Assembly: GCA_977020255.1 (NCBI GenBank) | Contig: CDROCS010000253.1 | Coordinates: forward strand, 3,720,001-3,784,000 | Reading direction: 5' to 3' | DNA: 64,000 nt | Source of the DNA: Obrimoposthia wandeli | Taxonomy: Eukaryota | In this document: positions 21,172 to 32,292 of the stretch, in pieces | Numbering within the stretch: position 1 is the first letter of the stretch | How the letters are laid out: each line of letters starts with the position of its first letter | Translations under genes and position numbers: made by a program | The notes under the pieces: generated by a model | Told to the model about the DNA's origin: nothing | Databases searched by the model: none | The model's input: only the letters and a program-made list of their open reading frames with translations

Positions 21172-22380
21172 ATGTCAGAATTTAAAGAATTTTCACTTTT
21201 AGAGTCAATTATTGACCGCGTTAGTCTTAAAGGCTATAAACAACCCACACCGATCCAAAAAGAGTGTATCCCAGTTCTTATTAATGGGAATGACCTTCTT
21301 GGTATAGCGCAAACGGGAACAGGAAAAACTGCGGCCTTTTCATTGCCTATTATCAATAATTTTGGGCGAAATAAAATTGATATCGAAACTAAGAGCACGC
21401 GTTCGCTCATACTAACGCCCACGCGAGAGCTTGCCTCACAAATAATGCAAAACATTGATGACTACTCTGATGGTTTAGAACTTAAAACTAAGGTTGTTTA
21501 TGGTGGTGTAGGAAGACAAGCTCAAGTTGATTCTATCGCACTTGGACTTGATATTTTAGTGGCCACCCCTGGAAGGTTATTGGATTTAATTGAAACAGGT
21601 GATATAAATTTTAAAGCGTTAGAAGTATTTGTGTTAGATGAAGCAGATACAATGCTTGATATGGGATTTTTTAACGATGTTCAAACCATCATATCTAAAC
21701 TGCCAAAGAACCGACAAACACTATTATTTTCAGCAACTATGCCTGCTGAAATAGAGATACTTGCAGAAGCAATATTAACGGATCCAACAAAAATTCAAAT
21801 TACGGCTGAAACGGTTACTATCGACTTGGTTAATCAAAGCGTATACCACCTTGATAAATCGAATAAACTACCTTTACTATTTAATATCCTGATAAAACCT
21901 GACTATGAAAAAGTACTCATCTTTTGTAAAACAAAGTATGGCGCTGACATCATTGTTAAAGCACTAGAAAAGGCATCAATAACTGCCGCTAGTCTGCACA
22001 GTGGTAAAACACAAGCAGTTAGAGAGGAAGCGTTACAAAACTTTAAAGATTCTAATCTAAGAGTATTAGTTGCCACTGATGTTGCTGCTCGTGGAATTGA
22101 TGTTGATAATATTACGTTAGTTATTAACTATAACCTTCCTGAAGATCCAAGAAACTACATACACCGTATAGGACGAACTGCTCGTGCCGGGAAAAGTGGC
22201 ATGGCTATTTCATTTGCGGTAGAAAATGATATAAGGCAATTAACTAATATTGAAAATAGCATAGGGCAAGTCATTCCTGTTGTTACAGAGCATCCTTTCC
22301 ATAAAGAGTTTTCAAAAGTGCCTAAAGAAGTTAAAAAGAAGGTTAAAAAAACAAATAAACCGAGAACAAAAAGAAAATAA
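21172..22380 (+). CDS. DEAD-box RNA helicase (RhlE-like) with basic tail
   Basis: AQTGTGKT, PTRELA, DEAD, SAT, ARGID, HRIGRTAR; start set at MSEFKEF. Confidence 0.93.
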   Translation: MSEFKEFSLLESIIDRVSLKGYKQPTPIQKECIPVLINGNDLLGIAQTGTGKTAAFSLPIINNFGRNKIDIETKSTRSLILTPTRELASQIMQNIDDYSDGLELKTKVVYGGVGRQAQVDSIALGLDILVATPGRLLDLIETGDINFKALEVFVLDEADTMLDMGFFNDVQTIISKLPKNRQTLLFSATMPAEIEILAEAILTDPTKIQITAETVTIDLVNQSVYHLDKSNKLPLLFNILIKPDYEKVLIFCKTKYGADIIVKALEKASITAASLHSGKTQAVREEALQNFKDSNLRVLVATDVAARGIDVDNITLVINYNLPEDPRNYIHRIGRTARAGKSGMAISFAVENDIRQLTNIENSIGQVIPVVTEHPFHKEFSKVPKEVKKKVKKTNKPRTKRK

Positions 22381-22496
22381 GGACAGCCATAAATTAGGCA
22401 GCTAAAAGGTAAGCACACCTTATTACCCCAAAAACAACCAACCAGCATCTACTCTTTCATAGAAATAAAAGATCTATTTTACGCCCTTTCTTGAAA

Positions 22497-22525
22497 TCAT
22501 CGGGGAATTGAACTTTCCCCGATGA
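22497..22525. terminator. hairpin between convergent helicase and S4 genes
   Basis: TCATCGGGGAA...TTCCCCGATGA. Confidence 0.6.
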
Positions 22526-22576
22526 AAGATTTAGATTTAGATATATTTTAAATTACTGTAATAATTTAACAAATAA

Positions 22577-22951
22577 TTAAACTGAAGTAGGCTTTCTTTT
22601 CGGGCGTTCTTTCGATGAGTCACTGGTAGTGACTGCTGCAATAGCACGCGCCTTACTTTTAGCTCTTTTTTTAATTTTTGATTTATTATTCGCTGAAACA
22701 ACGGTACTAATAAACTCTGCTGTTTTTTTAGTCGGAGTATAAGCAACTTCAATCGTTTTACCGTCAAAATCGATAACATCGCCACGGCGAATTTTTTTAC
22801 GCTTTTGCACTTCTACTTTTTTATTTACTAAAATTTTACCTTCGCTTATCAGGGTTTTAGCTTCGCCATCGCCAACTAAATTGGAAATATTGAGTAATTT
22901 ATAAAGTTCTATCGGTTCAACACATATGTCGAAAATTGAGTGTTCAGACAT
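22577..22951 (-). CDS. S4-domain RNA-binding protein (YbcJ-like) with Lys-rich C-terminal extension
   Basis: ELYKLL...GEAKTLISEGKILVNKKVEVQKRKKIRRGDVI. Confidence 0.8.
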   Translation of the reverse strand: MSEHSIFDICVEPIELYKLLNISNLVGDGEAKTLISEGKILVNKKVEVQKRKKIRRGDVIDFDGKTIEVAYTPTKKTAEFISTVVSANNKSKIKKRAKSKARAIAAVTTSDSSKERPKRKPTSV

Positions 22952-23322
22952 GAAATACGCCTAATAATTTTAAATAATAATATTGTGTAATTCTAACATA
23001 TATAACGGTTATTAAATAAAACTTATATTAGGATACTTTATAATACTGAGCCAACATAAGCGGTAAATATGTGTGTCGTATCCAAGTAAAACTGGCTACT
23101 GATTTGTATTCAAGGGAGTATCTTTCCTATGGCTCTTTCTCTACTAGTTAATTAGTGCACTTACATAAAATCTTTGGCGGAGTAATCGCTGGCTATTGGG
23201 ATTGAAAGTAACAATATTATTGCATGTTTAGGCCATCTAAAAATGATCACTTCATTAGTGCAATTGGTATTATCAAACTGCTATAATTCCCGCCGTTAAT
23301 TTCAATCAATAAAGTAAGCCAC

Positions 23323-24267
23323 ATGACTGTAGAACAACTAACGTTACCAACGACAAAACTGACATCGATCCAAAAAACGCAATTTGTAAAATTAGAAAAG
23401 AAAATCAGGCGTCATGTTGGCCAAGCCATTGCACAATATAATATGATTGAAGATGGCGATAAGGTGATGGTGTGCTTGTCTGGCGGTAAAGACAGCTATG
23501 CCATGTTAAGCATTTTAATGCTATTAAAAGAATCAGCCCCTATTCACTTCGATATAGTTGCCGTTAATTTAGATCAAAAGCAACCTGGTTTTCCTGAGCA
23601 TATTTTACCGGAATATCTCGATAAACTCGGCATTGAATATCATATTGTTGAAGAAAACACTTACGATATTGTTAAAGAAAAAGTACCTGAAGGTAAAACG
23701 ACTTGTAGCTTATGCTCTCGACTACGTCGCGCTGTTTTATACAAAGCAGCTAAAAAGATTGGTGCCACTAAGATAGCGCTAGGACATCATCGTGATGACA
23801 TGATTGAAACCTTAATGTTGAATATGTTTTATGGCGGTAAGATGAAGGCAATGCCAGCAAAGCTTGTCTCTGATAATGGCGAACATGTCGTTATACGTCC
23901 TTTAGCTTTTTGTAAAGAAAGCGAACTTATTCAATACAGCGAATTAAAACAATTCCCGATTATCCCCTGTAACTTGTGCGGCTCTCAGCCAAATATGCAA
24001 AGACAAAATATAAAACGCATGTTAAATGATTGGCATGAGCAATTTCCAGGCCGTATTGAATCTATGTTTACGGCAATGCAAAACGTTGTTCCTTCTCATT
24101 TGTGTGACAGTAACTTGTTTGATTTTAAAAGTATTAACAGTACTTCTGGTATTATTAACGGTGGTGATACCGCCTTTGATGAAGTAACCATTGAAACACC
24201 ACGTGACTTATCAACTAAAAATCACTTAAATGATGGTCAACAACTCAATGTGGTTGAAGTTAAATAA
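23323..24267 (+). CDS. ttcA: tRNA 2-thiocytidine(32) synthetase
   Basis: SGGKDS PP-loop, [24 protein letters not shown]. Confidence 0.95.
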   Translation: MTVEQLTLPTTKLTSIQKTQFVKLEKKIRRHVGQAIAQYNMIEDGDKVMVCLSGGKDSYAMLSILMLLKESAPIHFDIVAVNLDQKQPGFPEHILPEYLDKLGIEYHIVEENTYDIVKEKVPEGKTTCSLCSRLRRAVLYKAAKKIGATKIALGHHRDDMIETLMLNMFYGGKMKAMPAKLVSDNGEHVVIRPLAFCKESELIQYSELKQFPIIPCNLCGSQPNMQRQNIKRMLNDWHEQFPGRIESMFTAMQNVVPSHLCDSNLFDFKSINSTSGIINGGDTAFDEVTIETPRDLSTKNHLNDGQQLNVVEVK

Positions 24268-24308
24268 TGCATAACTGATGATATATCGGCAGAATTAAAT
24301 AAGCAGAC

Positions 24309-24346
24309 AAAAAAACGGCCAATGTTTATGACATTGGCCGTTTTTT
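24309..24346. terminator. bidirectional terminator after ttcA
   Basis: AAAAAAACGGCCAATGT-ttatg-ACATTGGCCGTTTTTT. Confidence 0.85.
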
Positions 24347-24412
24347 ATCTGCTCGCTTTAACTCATAAAATTGCGTAATGCTTATCACTCTTTAGCTAGC
24401 AAACTTGAGTAG

Positions 24413-25297
24413 TTAATCCGCTAAAGCAGTCTGTTGATTATTTGCCTTAACAAAGTAACTTTGGTTATGACGTAACATGTCTGTGATATCTAACACATAT
24501 TGAATTCCACGCTCGGAGTAAGGTAACAAACCCGTTGCTAGGATTTCTGCTTCGAGCGGTTGATCTTGTGCCCTTAATTCTGCACGGATTGTTCTAAAAA
24601 CATGATAGGCATTATGCTTATTTATATTATTAAAATATCCAGAAACGGCAGCATCGAGACTTTGAAAAGCGGCAACTTCATGTTTGGCTCCCGTATTTCG
24701 TCCCCCTGGCACCATGCCACAGCCCGTTCTATAACACCAAATACCGAAGAAGTTTAAACCTATACGAGCAAAACGTGATGTGCCCCAGGCAGACTCATTA
24801 GCCGCCTGCACCAAAACGAGTGAAGTAGGGATAATATCAACACGGACCAACAAGTCATTAATTTGCTGTAAGGTTGACGCTTCTTTATTAATACGATAAG
24901 CCTTGATAAGCGTTTGCAGTGACGTTTGTTCTTCTATTGTAAGCCCTAAACCAAGTGATATCTGCTCATGCCAATGCTCAAGTTTCGTTCTATCTTCAGC
25001 TAAGCTATTATTTTTAGCTTCAATTGCTGGACGGACAAAACTAAAGAATAGACGTTTTTTTGTTGGTATATCATAAATAGCACCAAAATCAGGTAAATTC
25101 ACTTGATGTAATGGCTTTTCTATTCGTTTTTCTTTTTGTTTTTCAACAGCCTGAGCGACAATTTCATCAGCCACAGGTTCAACAATAATCTCTGCAACAA
25201 TGATTAAGGGCTTAGGCACTAAAAAAGTGAAAGGTGCTACTAACGCAATAACTAGCGCAAGACATAATATAAAGCGAACGAATAACATTATTTTCAT
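24413..25297 (-). CDS. glucosaminidase-domain protein (Bax-like)
   Basis: N-terminal TM; QAANESAWGTSRFA, NFFGIWC, YSERG. Confidence 0.85.
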   Translation of the reverse strand: MKIMLFVRFILCLALVIALVAPFTFLVPKPLIIVAEIIVEPVADEIVAQAVEKQKEKRIEKPLHQVNLPDFGAIYDIPTKKRLFFSFVRPAIEAKNNSLAEDRTKLEHWHEQISLGLGLTIEEQTSLQTLIKAYRINKEASTLQQINDLLVRVDIIPTSLVLVQAANESAWGTSRFARIGLNFFGIWCYRTGCGMVPGGRNTGAKHEVAAFQSLDAAVSGYFNNINKHNAYHVFRTIRAELRAQDQPLEAEILATGLLPYSERGIQYVLDITDMLRHNQSYFVKANNQQTALAD

Positions 25298-25321
25298 AAA
25301 AGTCCTTTATTTATAAACAAA

Positions 25322-26149
25322 TTAAGCAGAAAAAGTATCATCTGAGCCATTGTGATCAGAGTCTTTATTGACAGAGTCATTTAGGTCTATCTCAGTAATT
25401 TTGTCCTTAGAATAGACACCAAATATTTCACGGTACAAAATGCCTTTCACATTGTAATACCACGGTGCTAAATAAGAGAAACCAAATAAAAACACCATAA
25501 TGCCAAGAGGTGCGAAGCTCGAATCGACTAATAAAACAATAGGTAATACTAAGAGGATTAATGCCAAAAACAATACTAAATAAATAGCTAACAAAGACAT
25601 TAGCTTAAAGCGTAGTGCTTTGACTGATAGAACAATGGCTTGTAATGGGGTTAGTTTTTTTTCTACCACTAAAGGTATCGTTAGTGACAACAATACTGCC
25701 AATAGGACACCAGGGATAATGAACAATTGAAAACCAATGCTTATCAGTAAAGATGTTAACAACGCACAAAGGGCAACCCAACTTCCACGATGTAAGAATG
25801 ACAGCACCATTTTGCTTTGTGTAGGCTTGTTAACTGCATGGAACACTCCCATCATTTCAATGCCAGCCATAAAAGGCCAGACAGCAATAGTAACAATGAC
25901 ATTAATTATCTGCAGTAATTCTGGATCTTTGATAACAAGCTCTATACCACCAAAAAAACTACTGGCAATAAAGGACACCAGCATACCAAAAATTAAAACT
26001 AAAAATAGAGCTAGATTGATCGACATTCTGGACTTTAACGTGTGCTGCCACGCTTCACTTAAAACAGCTTTCACATCAATTGAGTATTCGCCTTTCACAG
26101 CACGCTCAACACTACCACCAATGGACACAATTATATTTTCTTCTGGCAA
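25322..26149 (-). CDS. conserved integral membrane protein
   Basis: about six hydrophobic segments; no catalytic motif recognised. Confidence 0.7.
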   Translation of the reverse strand: MPEENIIVSIGGSVERAVKGEYSIDVKAVLSEAWQHTLKSRMSINLALFLVLIFGMLVSFIASSFFGGIELVIKDPELLQIINVIVTIAVWPFMAGIEMMGVFHAVNKPTQSKMVLSFLHRGSWVALCALLTSLLISIGFQLFIIPGVLLAVLLSLTIPLVVEKKLTPLQAIVLSVKALRFKLMSLLAIYLVLFLALILLVLPIVLLVDSSFAPLGIMVFLFGFSYLAPWYYNVKGILYREIFGVYSKDKITEIDLNDSVNKDSDHNGSDDTFSA

Positions 26150-26194
26150 AGCTAACCCTTTTTAATTTATTAATACTACATTTGCTGCCTATTA

Positions 26195-26385
26195 TACCCA
26201 AACCACCTCAAGATGCGAGTTTCAGGACATCTGAGTGAAACAAGATTAAGATGCATTTTTTATTAAGGGTTATTATCTTAGAAATAGAGGGAACAACGAT
26301 AATTTTTAGTCAAATGTCACCAAGATACTAGTTTAGAAACATTTTTAATGGCCGCTGAAACCTGCATCTTGATGTGACTTGGCTA
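26195..26385. mobile_element. ERIC-like MITE, divergent 191-bp copy, flanked by TA
   Basis: ends TACCCAAACCACCTCAAGATGCGAGTTTCAG and CTGAAACCTGCATCTTGATGTGACTTGGCTA; TA at 26193-94 and 26386-87. Confidence 0.75.
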
Positions 26386-26395
26386 TAAGTAGCGT

Positions 26396-27082
26396 TTAAT
26401 TAAGATCACTTAACACGATTTGAATAGCTAATAGCAATAAAATTAATCCCATGACACGATCGAGAATATAGCCTTTACGTTGTAAAACGTAACGTACTCT
26501 CTCTTGCGTTAGCATATAAGAAAGAAAGCAGAACCATGCCGCAGTGGCTGTGACTAAATAGGCACCATAAGCAATTTTAATACTCAATAGTGTTTCGGGT
26601 GCTATCACCACAGAGAATAAGCTCACGAAGAACAATGTTGCTTTAACATTTAAGGCGTTGATTAAAAAACCACTAAAAAATGCTTTTTTAGCCGATGGGT
26701 TATCGACTGTCGTATCAGCTTTAGGTATATCACTCTGCGCTAACGAATTATTATCAGAACCTTCGCTGCCAAGAGTTGATGTGTCACTATCAGGTTTTTT
26801 AGACTTAAAGCAGTGCCACGCTATATAACAAAAATAGCTAGCAGCAATATATTTTAATGCCATAAATAAACGCTCATCACTGGCAATTAGTAGGCCGATA
26901 CCAACCAAGGAATAAGTAACGTGTACAATAATGCCAGCCGCGATGCCGAAGCTAGTATAAATAGCAATGCGTCTGTTATATCGGATACTTTGTTTTAAGA
27001 TAAGTGCAAAGTCAGGACCAGGACTTGCGACAGCAAAAAAGTGGACCATAGCGATAAGTAAGAATTGTTCTAAAACGGGCAT
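26396..27082 (-). CDS. LysE family translocator
   Basis: SPGPDF motif, GFLINALNVKA, hydrophobic segments. Confidence 0.88.
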   Translation of the reverse strand: MPVLEQFLLIAMVHFFAVASPGPDFALILKQSIRYNRRIAIYTSFGIAAGIIVHVTYSLVGIGLLIASDERLFMALKYIAASYFCYIAWHCFKSKKPDSDTSTLGSEGSDNNSLAQSDIPKADTTVDNPSAKKAFFSGFLINALNVKATLFFVSLFSVVIAPETLLSIKIAYGAYLVTATAAWFCFLSYMLTQERVRYVLQRKGYILDRVMGLILLLLAIQIVLSDLN

Positions 27083-27195
27083 AGTTCAATATGAGTATTT
27101 ATGAAAAGTGCGTCATTTTACCTCAGAATTTAAATAAAGCGACCTTAGTCAGCTAAAACGCTATGCCTACAGTGTAATCAATTAGCTACTGATCG

Positions 27196-27783
27196 CTATT
27201 TTTGTGGGTGATTTTGATGTATGCGTTTTAAAACGTCTTGAAAATAGTTACTACCTTTTTGCTCCGCTAATGCTACATTTTGTTCAGGTATTTTTTCAGG
27301 ATCTTTATACACAGCCAATACTCTGGCCATACTTGCTTCGCGGATAATATGCAGCATTGGATAAGGAGAGCGATTGGTAAAATTACTAGCATCATCAAAA
27401 TCATCATCGGAAAAACAGTATTCAGGATGCATAGTTGCTAACTGGAATATGCCTTCAAACCCTGACTCAATCAGCAAGTCATTGGCATAATCTACTAAAT
27501 CGAGATAGCGGTCAAAACATCGAAATCCTTCTGCAAAGATGATCAGAATCGTCTCAATCTCAGCGTGTTCTTGTAGATAATGGCATTGTTTTATCAAGGT
27601 TTGTAAAGCAGGTTTAACTTGCTCAGCGTCAGATTTATGATAATAAATGGTGTTATTAACAAATTCTTTTTTCGCAAAAGGACAAAAATTCAATCCTATT
27701 ATAATTTCATCTAACCATTGTTTGGTTGCATCAACTTCCACTGATGATTGTTGGTCTGTTGATTGCTCTGTGTCTTTATTCAT
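27196..27783 (-). CDS. DUF1415 family protein
   Basis: IIGLNFCPFAK, FQLATMHPEY, NFTNRSPYPMLHIIRE. Confidence 0.85.
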   Translation of the reverse strand: MNKDTEQSTDQQSSVEVDATKQWLDEIIIGLNFCPFAKKEFVNNTIYYHKSDAEQVKPALQTLIKQCHYLQEHAEIETILIIFAEGFRCFDRYLDLVDYANDLLIESGFEGIFQLATMHPEYCFSDDDFDDASNFTNRSPYPMLHIIREASMARVLAVYKDPEKIPEQNVALAEQKGSNYFQDVLKRIHQNHPQK

Positions 27784-27840
27784 AACTTACTTACTCTAGG
27801 ATTGCTCTTTGTTGTGGTGTATTTTAATAACTTGCCAAAT

Positions 27841-29661
27841 CTAAGATTGTTGTAGCTGCCACATTTTACTATATTGCCCTTCAAGCGCGAGTAATTGCTG
27901 ATGATTGCCCTGCTCAACTATCTCACCATGACTCATCACAATAATATTATCACTATCTATTATGGTAGATAAACGATGCGCGATGACGAGGCTGGTTCTA
28001 CTTTTAGCCACTTCATTTATTGCCGTTAAGATAGCTTGCTCTGAGTGACTATCGAGCGAAGATGTCGCCTCATCAAACACTAATACTTGTGGGTTCTTTA
28101 AGATCGTTCGGGCAATGGCAACTCGTTGTTTTTCACCACCTGAAAGTTTTAATCCCCGCTCTCCAACAACAGTTTCTAAACCTTCAGGCAAACTGATAAT
28201 AAATTCAGACAAATGCGCGAGGTCAATGGCTTTTAATACTTCGGCTTTACTAGCCGTTGGACAACCGTACTGTACATTATTAAATAAAGTGTCGTTAAAG
28301 AGCACAGTATCTTGCGGCACAATACCAATATGGGTACGTAGTGATTGTTGGCTTACTTGACTGATATCTTGTCCGTTAATACTAATATGACCAGAGTCAA
28401 CATCGTAAAAACGAAATAACAATTTTACTAAGGTTGACTTACCCGAGCCACTTTGGCCAACCACAGCAACTTTTTCACCGGCTTTAACGTTAAAAGAAAT
28501 CCCCTTAATGATTGGCCTTTTTACATTGTAGGCAAAGGTAATATTATCAAAAGTAATGCTGGCTTGATTACTAGTTTGAGAAGTCGTACTGTCGTCCTGT
28601 TTTGCTATATTTAACACGGCGGCATCAGGAACATCTTGTACCTTAGGAGCTTTAGCTAGTAACCCAAATAAGTTTTCAATATTTGCCAGCGAGCCTTTTA
28701 TTTCTCGATAAACAAAACCTAAAAAGTTAAGCGGCATAAATAACTGCATCATAAAGGCATTTATCAAAACAAAGTCTCCTAGGGTCATAACATCTGCAGC
28801 GACGTCACTAGCGGCAAGCGCCAGCATAGCAGTCATAGCTGCGGCTATAATGAGTGCTTGGCCACCATTTAGGGCAAATAACGATAAACGGTTTTTAATT
28901 TTGGCCTGTTCCCACGTTGACAACTGTTGGTCATAAGCTTGCGCTTCAAATTCTTCATTGGTGAAATACTTAACAGTTTCGTAGTTGAGCAAACTATCAA
29001 TGGCGCGAGTATTACTTGATGAATCTGCTATGTTGGCTGCACGAACATAGCGAGTTCGTAACTCAGTGGCAAAAACTGAATAAGCAATATAGGCAATAAT
29101 TGAGGAAAGCGTTATAACCGCATACCATATGCCGTATTTCACAAATAAAATAGTCACTACCATCACTATTTCAAGCAAGGTGGGGACAATATTAAAGACC
29201 ATAAAACGCATTAAAAAGTTGATGCCCGAAGTGCCTCGGTCGATATCACGAGACAATCCTCCCGTTTGTCTATTCAGGTGAAAATCTAAATCAAGGGAAT
29301 GTAAATGACGAAAAACTTTTAACCCAATGCGCCTTATAGCCCTTTCAGTAACTCGACCAAAGAGCGTATCTCTTATTTCAGCAAAAACTACGATCGACAG
29401 ACGTACTAAACCATATGCAGCCACTAAACCTAATGGAACAATAATTAAAGCAGAGTCACTGCCTGTAGTGTTAGCGTCTAAGGTATCAACAATGTCTTTT
29501 AATATGAAAGGCAGGTAAACACTGGCTATTTTAGTAAAAACTAAACATGACATAGCAAACGCAATACGTTTTTTATACTCGAATAGGTAAGGTAAAATAA
29601 GTTTGAATGCTTGCCAGTTGATAGAACTGACTTCTTGGTCGGGATAACTAGAGCGGCGCAT
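27841..29661 (-). CDS. Atm1/ABCB-type ABC transporter (TMD+NBD)
   Basis: GQSGSGKS, LSGGEKQR, FDEATSSLD; DSLLNYETVKYF typical of Atm1 family. Confidence 0.92.
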   Translation of the reverse strand: MRRSSYPDQEVSSINWQAFKLILPYLFEYKKRIAFAMSCLVFTKIASVYLPFILKDIVDTLDANTTGSDSALIIVPLGLVAAYGLVRLSIVVFAEIRDTLFGRVTERAIRRIGLKVFRHLHSLDLDFHLNRQTGGLSRDIDRGTSGINFLMRFMVFNIVPTLLEIVMVVTILFVKYGIWYAVITLSSIIAYIAYSVFATELRTRYVRAANIADSSSNTRAIDSLLNYETVKYFTNEEFEAQAYDQQLSTWEQAKIKNRLSLFALNGGQALIIAAAMTAMLALAASDVAADVMTLGDFVLINAFMMQLFMPLNFLGFVYREIKGSLANIENLFGLLAKAPKVQDVPDAAVLNIAKQDDSTTSQTSNQASITFDNITFAYNVKRPIIKGISFNVKAGEKVAVVGQSGSGKSTLVKLLFRFYDVDSGHISINGQDISQVSQQSLRTHIGIVPQDTVLFNDTLFNNVQYGCPTASKAEVLKAIDLAHLSEFIISLPEGLETVVGERGLKLSGGEKQRVAIARTILKNPQVLVFDEATSSLDSHSEQAILTAINEVAKSRTSLVIAHRLSTIIDSDNIIVMSHGEIVEQGNHQQLLALEGQYSKMWQLQQS

Positions 29662-29866
29662 GGCATTTCTTTAGCGGTAAAAATTTAATTTTAAATTAGA
29701 AAGTGAATTTAGCCTAATCATTAAGATAATTAGTTTACTTTAAAACGTTAATTTTCCTTAAAATTCAATACGACCTCGTAATTACAATCAGTAAATTACT
29801 TTTTAGAATAAAAAAGCAGAATAACGGCCAAGTTATTCTACTTTTTTCTGACTGTGACATTGGGTA

Positions 29867-31582
29867 CTAATCCTTATCAAGTACTTTGTCAAGTATCTGC
29901 CCTTGGGCTCCTGATGGTGCTTTAATACCGAGTACTGCTGATAACGTTACTGCAATATCGGTGGTACTCACTCGTCTATAGACCTTATCATCATCAATAT
30001 TAAATCCTGCAAAAATCAGTGGCACAAAAGTATCGTAGCCCCAAGGTGAACCATGGGTCGCCGCAACAGTTAAGCCTTCCATATCAGCAACAAAACGATG
30101 GGCTTCGAGTACAACATAAACATCGCCAGAACGGTTTTCACTGTGGTTATTAACCACTAAAGTGTGCAGATAATCTTGCGGAGTATTACCAGTTTCTATA
30201 TCGCTACTCGTTACAGCAAGCGCAACACCATCAAATTTTGAAACTTCCATAGCAACAGCCTTTTGAACTTGCTTTAACGACAGCTTACGTTCAGCAATTA
30301 AATCTCGGTCAAGGTATATGTAAGGATGAAAGTAGCTTTTTATTAGCGCAGTATCGAAGCCAAACTGTTTCTTAAGGGCTTTCATACTCGGTGCTTTATC
30401 CCATTCTTTAGGAGCAACCACATCAGTTTTCATACCTAATGACGATAAATAAGCCGGTACTTCAGCAGCGCCATGATCGGCAGATAACACGATAAGGGTA
30501 TTTTCTAAACCCACTTTTTTATCAATAAAGGTGAGTAAATTGGCTAACGTGCGGTCTAATCTCAGCATATTATCTTCAGCTTCTAAACTTGAAGGTCCAA
30601 AAATATGACTCACATAATCTGTTGATGAGAAACTTACCGATAAATAGTCAGTAACTTCGTCCTGTCCTAGCTGTTCGTTATTAACCACTGCTTTAGCAAA
30701 ATCTAACGTCAGCTCATCCCCTGCAGGGCTTAAGGTTAGAAAAGTATTGAAATAAGCATTACTCATATCGCCGTATTGATGCGGAAAAGTTCGGCCAAAA
30801 CCGGGGAATTTAGTTTCCCATGCTTGATCATCTTGTTTTGCAAATACATACTTAGCTTGAGGTTGGCTTAATTGCCAAGTTTTATCATGATATTTTTTAG
30901 TTGGTTTTGCTTCATTCCAACTTGTTACCCACTCAGGATATTTGTCATAATAATATTCACTGGTAACAAATTCTCCTGATTTTTTAGAGAACCAAAAGGC
31001 TTTACCCATATGTCCTGCCATGGAGATAGCCCCTCGGTCTTTTACTGATACGCCAAAGACTTTCGCTTTACCATTTGAGGCAATCTTTAGCTCATCGCTA
31101 AAGGTAGAAACTTGGATATTATTCGGTGAACGACCTGACGATTTTGCAGTGCGCTGTGTGGGATCTATTTCTGTTTTTTGATTAACTCCTGCATCTGCTG
31201 ATAACAATGGGTAATTAGCATCTTCAACGTTATAGACTAAACGTTGTAATTTATCATCAAACCAGACATTACCTATCATGCCATGAACTGCTGGTAATGC
31301 TCCGGTAGCAAGCGTTGCATGACCAACGATAGTTTCTGTATTAGCATGATTATGATGAGCATCTTTATAAACTATGCCTTCATCGAGCAGATATCTAAAG
31401 CCGCCTTTTCCCATTTTATCTAGATAGGCGGTTGGCATATCCCCGCGGAGCTGATCAACGGTAATTTGCAAGATGAGTTTTGGTTTATCCGCTTGAGCTA
31501 ATGCAACATTACTGCCTAAAAGTGCTGCTGTGGACAATAAAAGTCCAAGATGAGTTTTATTTTTTGTCTTTACTGTTATCAT
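29867..31582 (-). CDS. secreted alkaline phosphatase/nucleotide pyrophosphatase (PafA-like)
   Basis: signal peptide; VDQLRGD, ETIVGHATLATG (Thr nucleophile by analogy to PafA), SADHG, HGSPWGYD. Confidence 0.85.
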   Translation of the reverse strand: MITVKTKNKTHLGLLLSTAALLGSNVALAQADKPKLILQITVDQLRGDMPTAYLDKMGKGGFRYLLDEGIVYKDAHHNHANTETIVGHATLATGALPAVHGMIGNVWFDDKLQRLVYNVEDANYPLLSADAGVNQKTEIDPTQRTAKSSGRSPNNIQVSTFSDELKIASNGKAKVFGVSVKDRGAISMAGHMGKAFWFSKKSGEFVTSEYYYDKYPEWVTSWNEAKPTKKYHDKTWQLSQPQAKYVFAKQDDQAWETKFPGFGRTFPHQYGDMSNAYFNTFLTLSPAGDELTLDFAKAVVNNEQLGQDEVTDYLSVSFSSTDYVSHIFGPSSLEAEDNMLRLDRTLANLLTFIDKKVGLENTLIVLSADHGAAEVPAYLSSLGMKTDVVAPKEWDKAPSMKALKKQFGFDTALIKSYFHPYIYLDRDLIAERKLSLKQVQKAVAMEVSKFDGVALAVTSSDIETGNTPQDYLHTLVVNNHSENRSGDVYVVLEAHRFVADMEGLTVAATHGSPWGYDTFVPLIFAGFNIDDDKVYRRVSTTDIAVTLSAVLGIKAPSGAQGQILDKVLDKD

Positions 31583-32292
31583 TTTTAATAATCCTTTATC
31601 GCCTATCAGTTAACAATTACAAAATGTGAGTGTAAATACTAATACGGTTAATAGCTGTCACAGTAACAGCCTCTCCCAGTGCAGTAGAACTTTCTCAATG
31701 TCAGCCTTTTGGGTAATGATAATATCAACCAAAAAGTTTCAATAAGTTATCACGTTGCCCTATTTAATAATATGCAGGTTCCAAACACATAGGGATTTCA
31801 GGACAACAATTAATGAAAGACAAGAAAAGTGTTACCCCTAAATACTCTTTAAATCCGCAGCGATAACATTTAAATGATATGTAAAGTTAACGTCTCAAAC
31901 ACCTCCTGTGGCTTGGGTAATGGTATTTTATCTTAAAGATTCATTGTTTATTAAAGTCTTTTTTCGACAAACCATCTAGTTTATTTATTATACTGAATAT
32001 AACAATATCTTTTCGGAAATTGCATACTTAAATGTTGGCCGAGTTAATATAATGTAAAGCGACACCACATTATTTCAGTTGCTGAACAACGCAATCAAAG
32101 TTCATATATCAACAGCTGAGTATTAATCTCAGCCAAAAAACAATAAAAAATATTAAGCAAAATAGTTTGGCTAAATGAGTTGTGTCGCTAAAGTTAAGAC
32201 TATACTCAGCGTACTTACAATGGATAAGTGTTCTACCGTTACTGAATTTTCAACCTAATAATTCAAATTTTACCGTAAATAAAGGAAATACT

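Noticed and set aside
22380-22398. AGGACAGCC motif resembling the transposase element end
   Set aside because: Only about 7 nt match; could be chance.
14270-23322. attR direct repeat of the tRNA-Val 3' end
   Set aside because: No match to GTTCGAGTCCCGTAGCGAGCACCA found by eye; a short degenerate core could be missed without alignment.
31583-32292. Pho box or sigma54 site for the phosphatase/sulfatases
   Set aside because: Only a single CTGTCAC half-site near 31656; no 11-bp-spaced repeat or GG-N10-GC consensus I could support.
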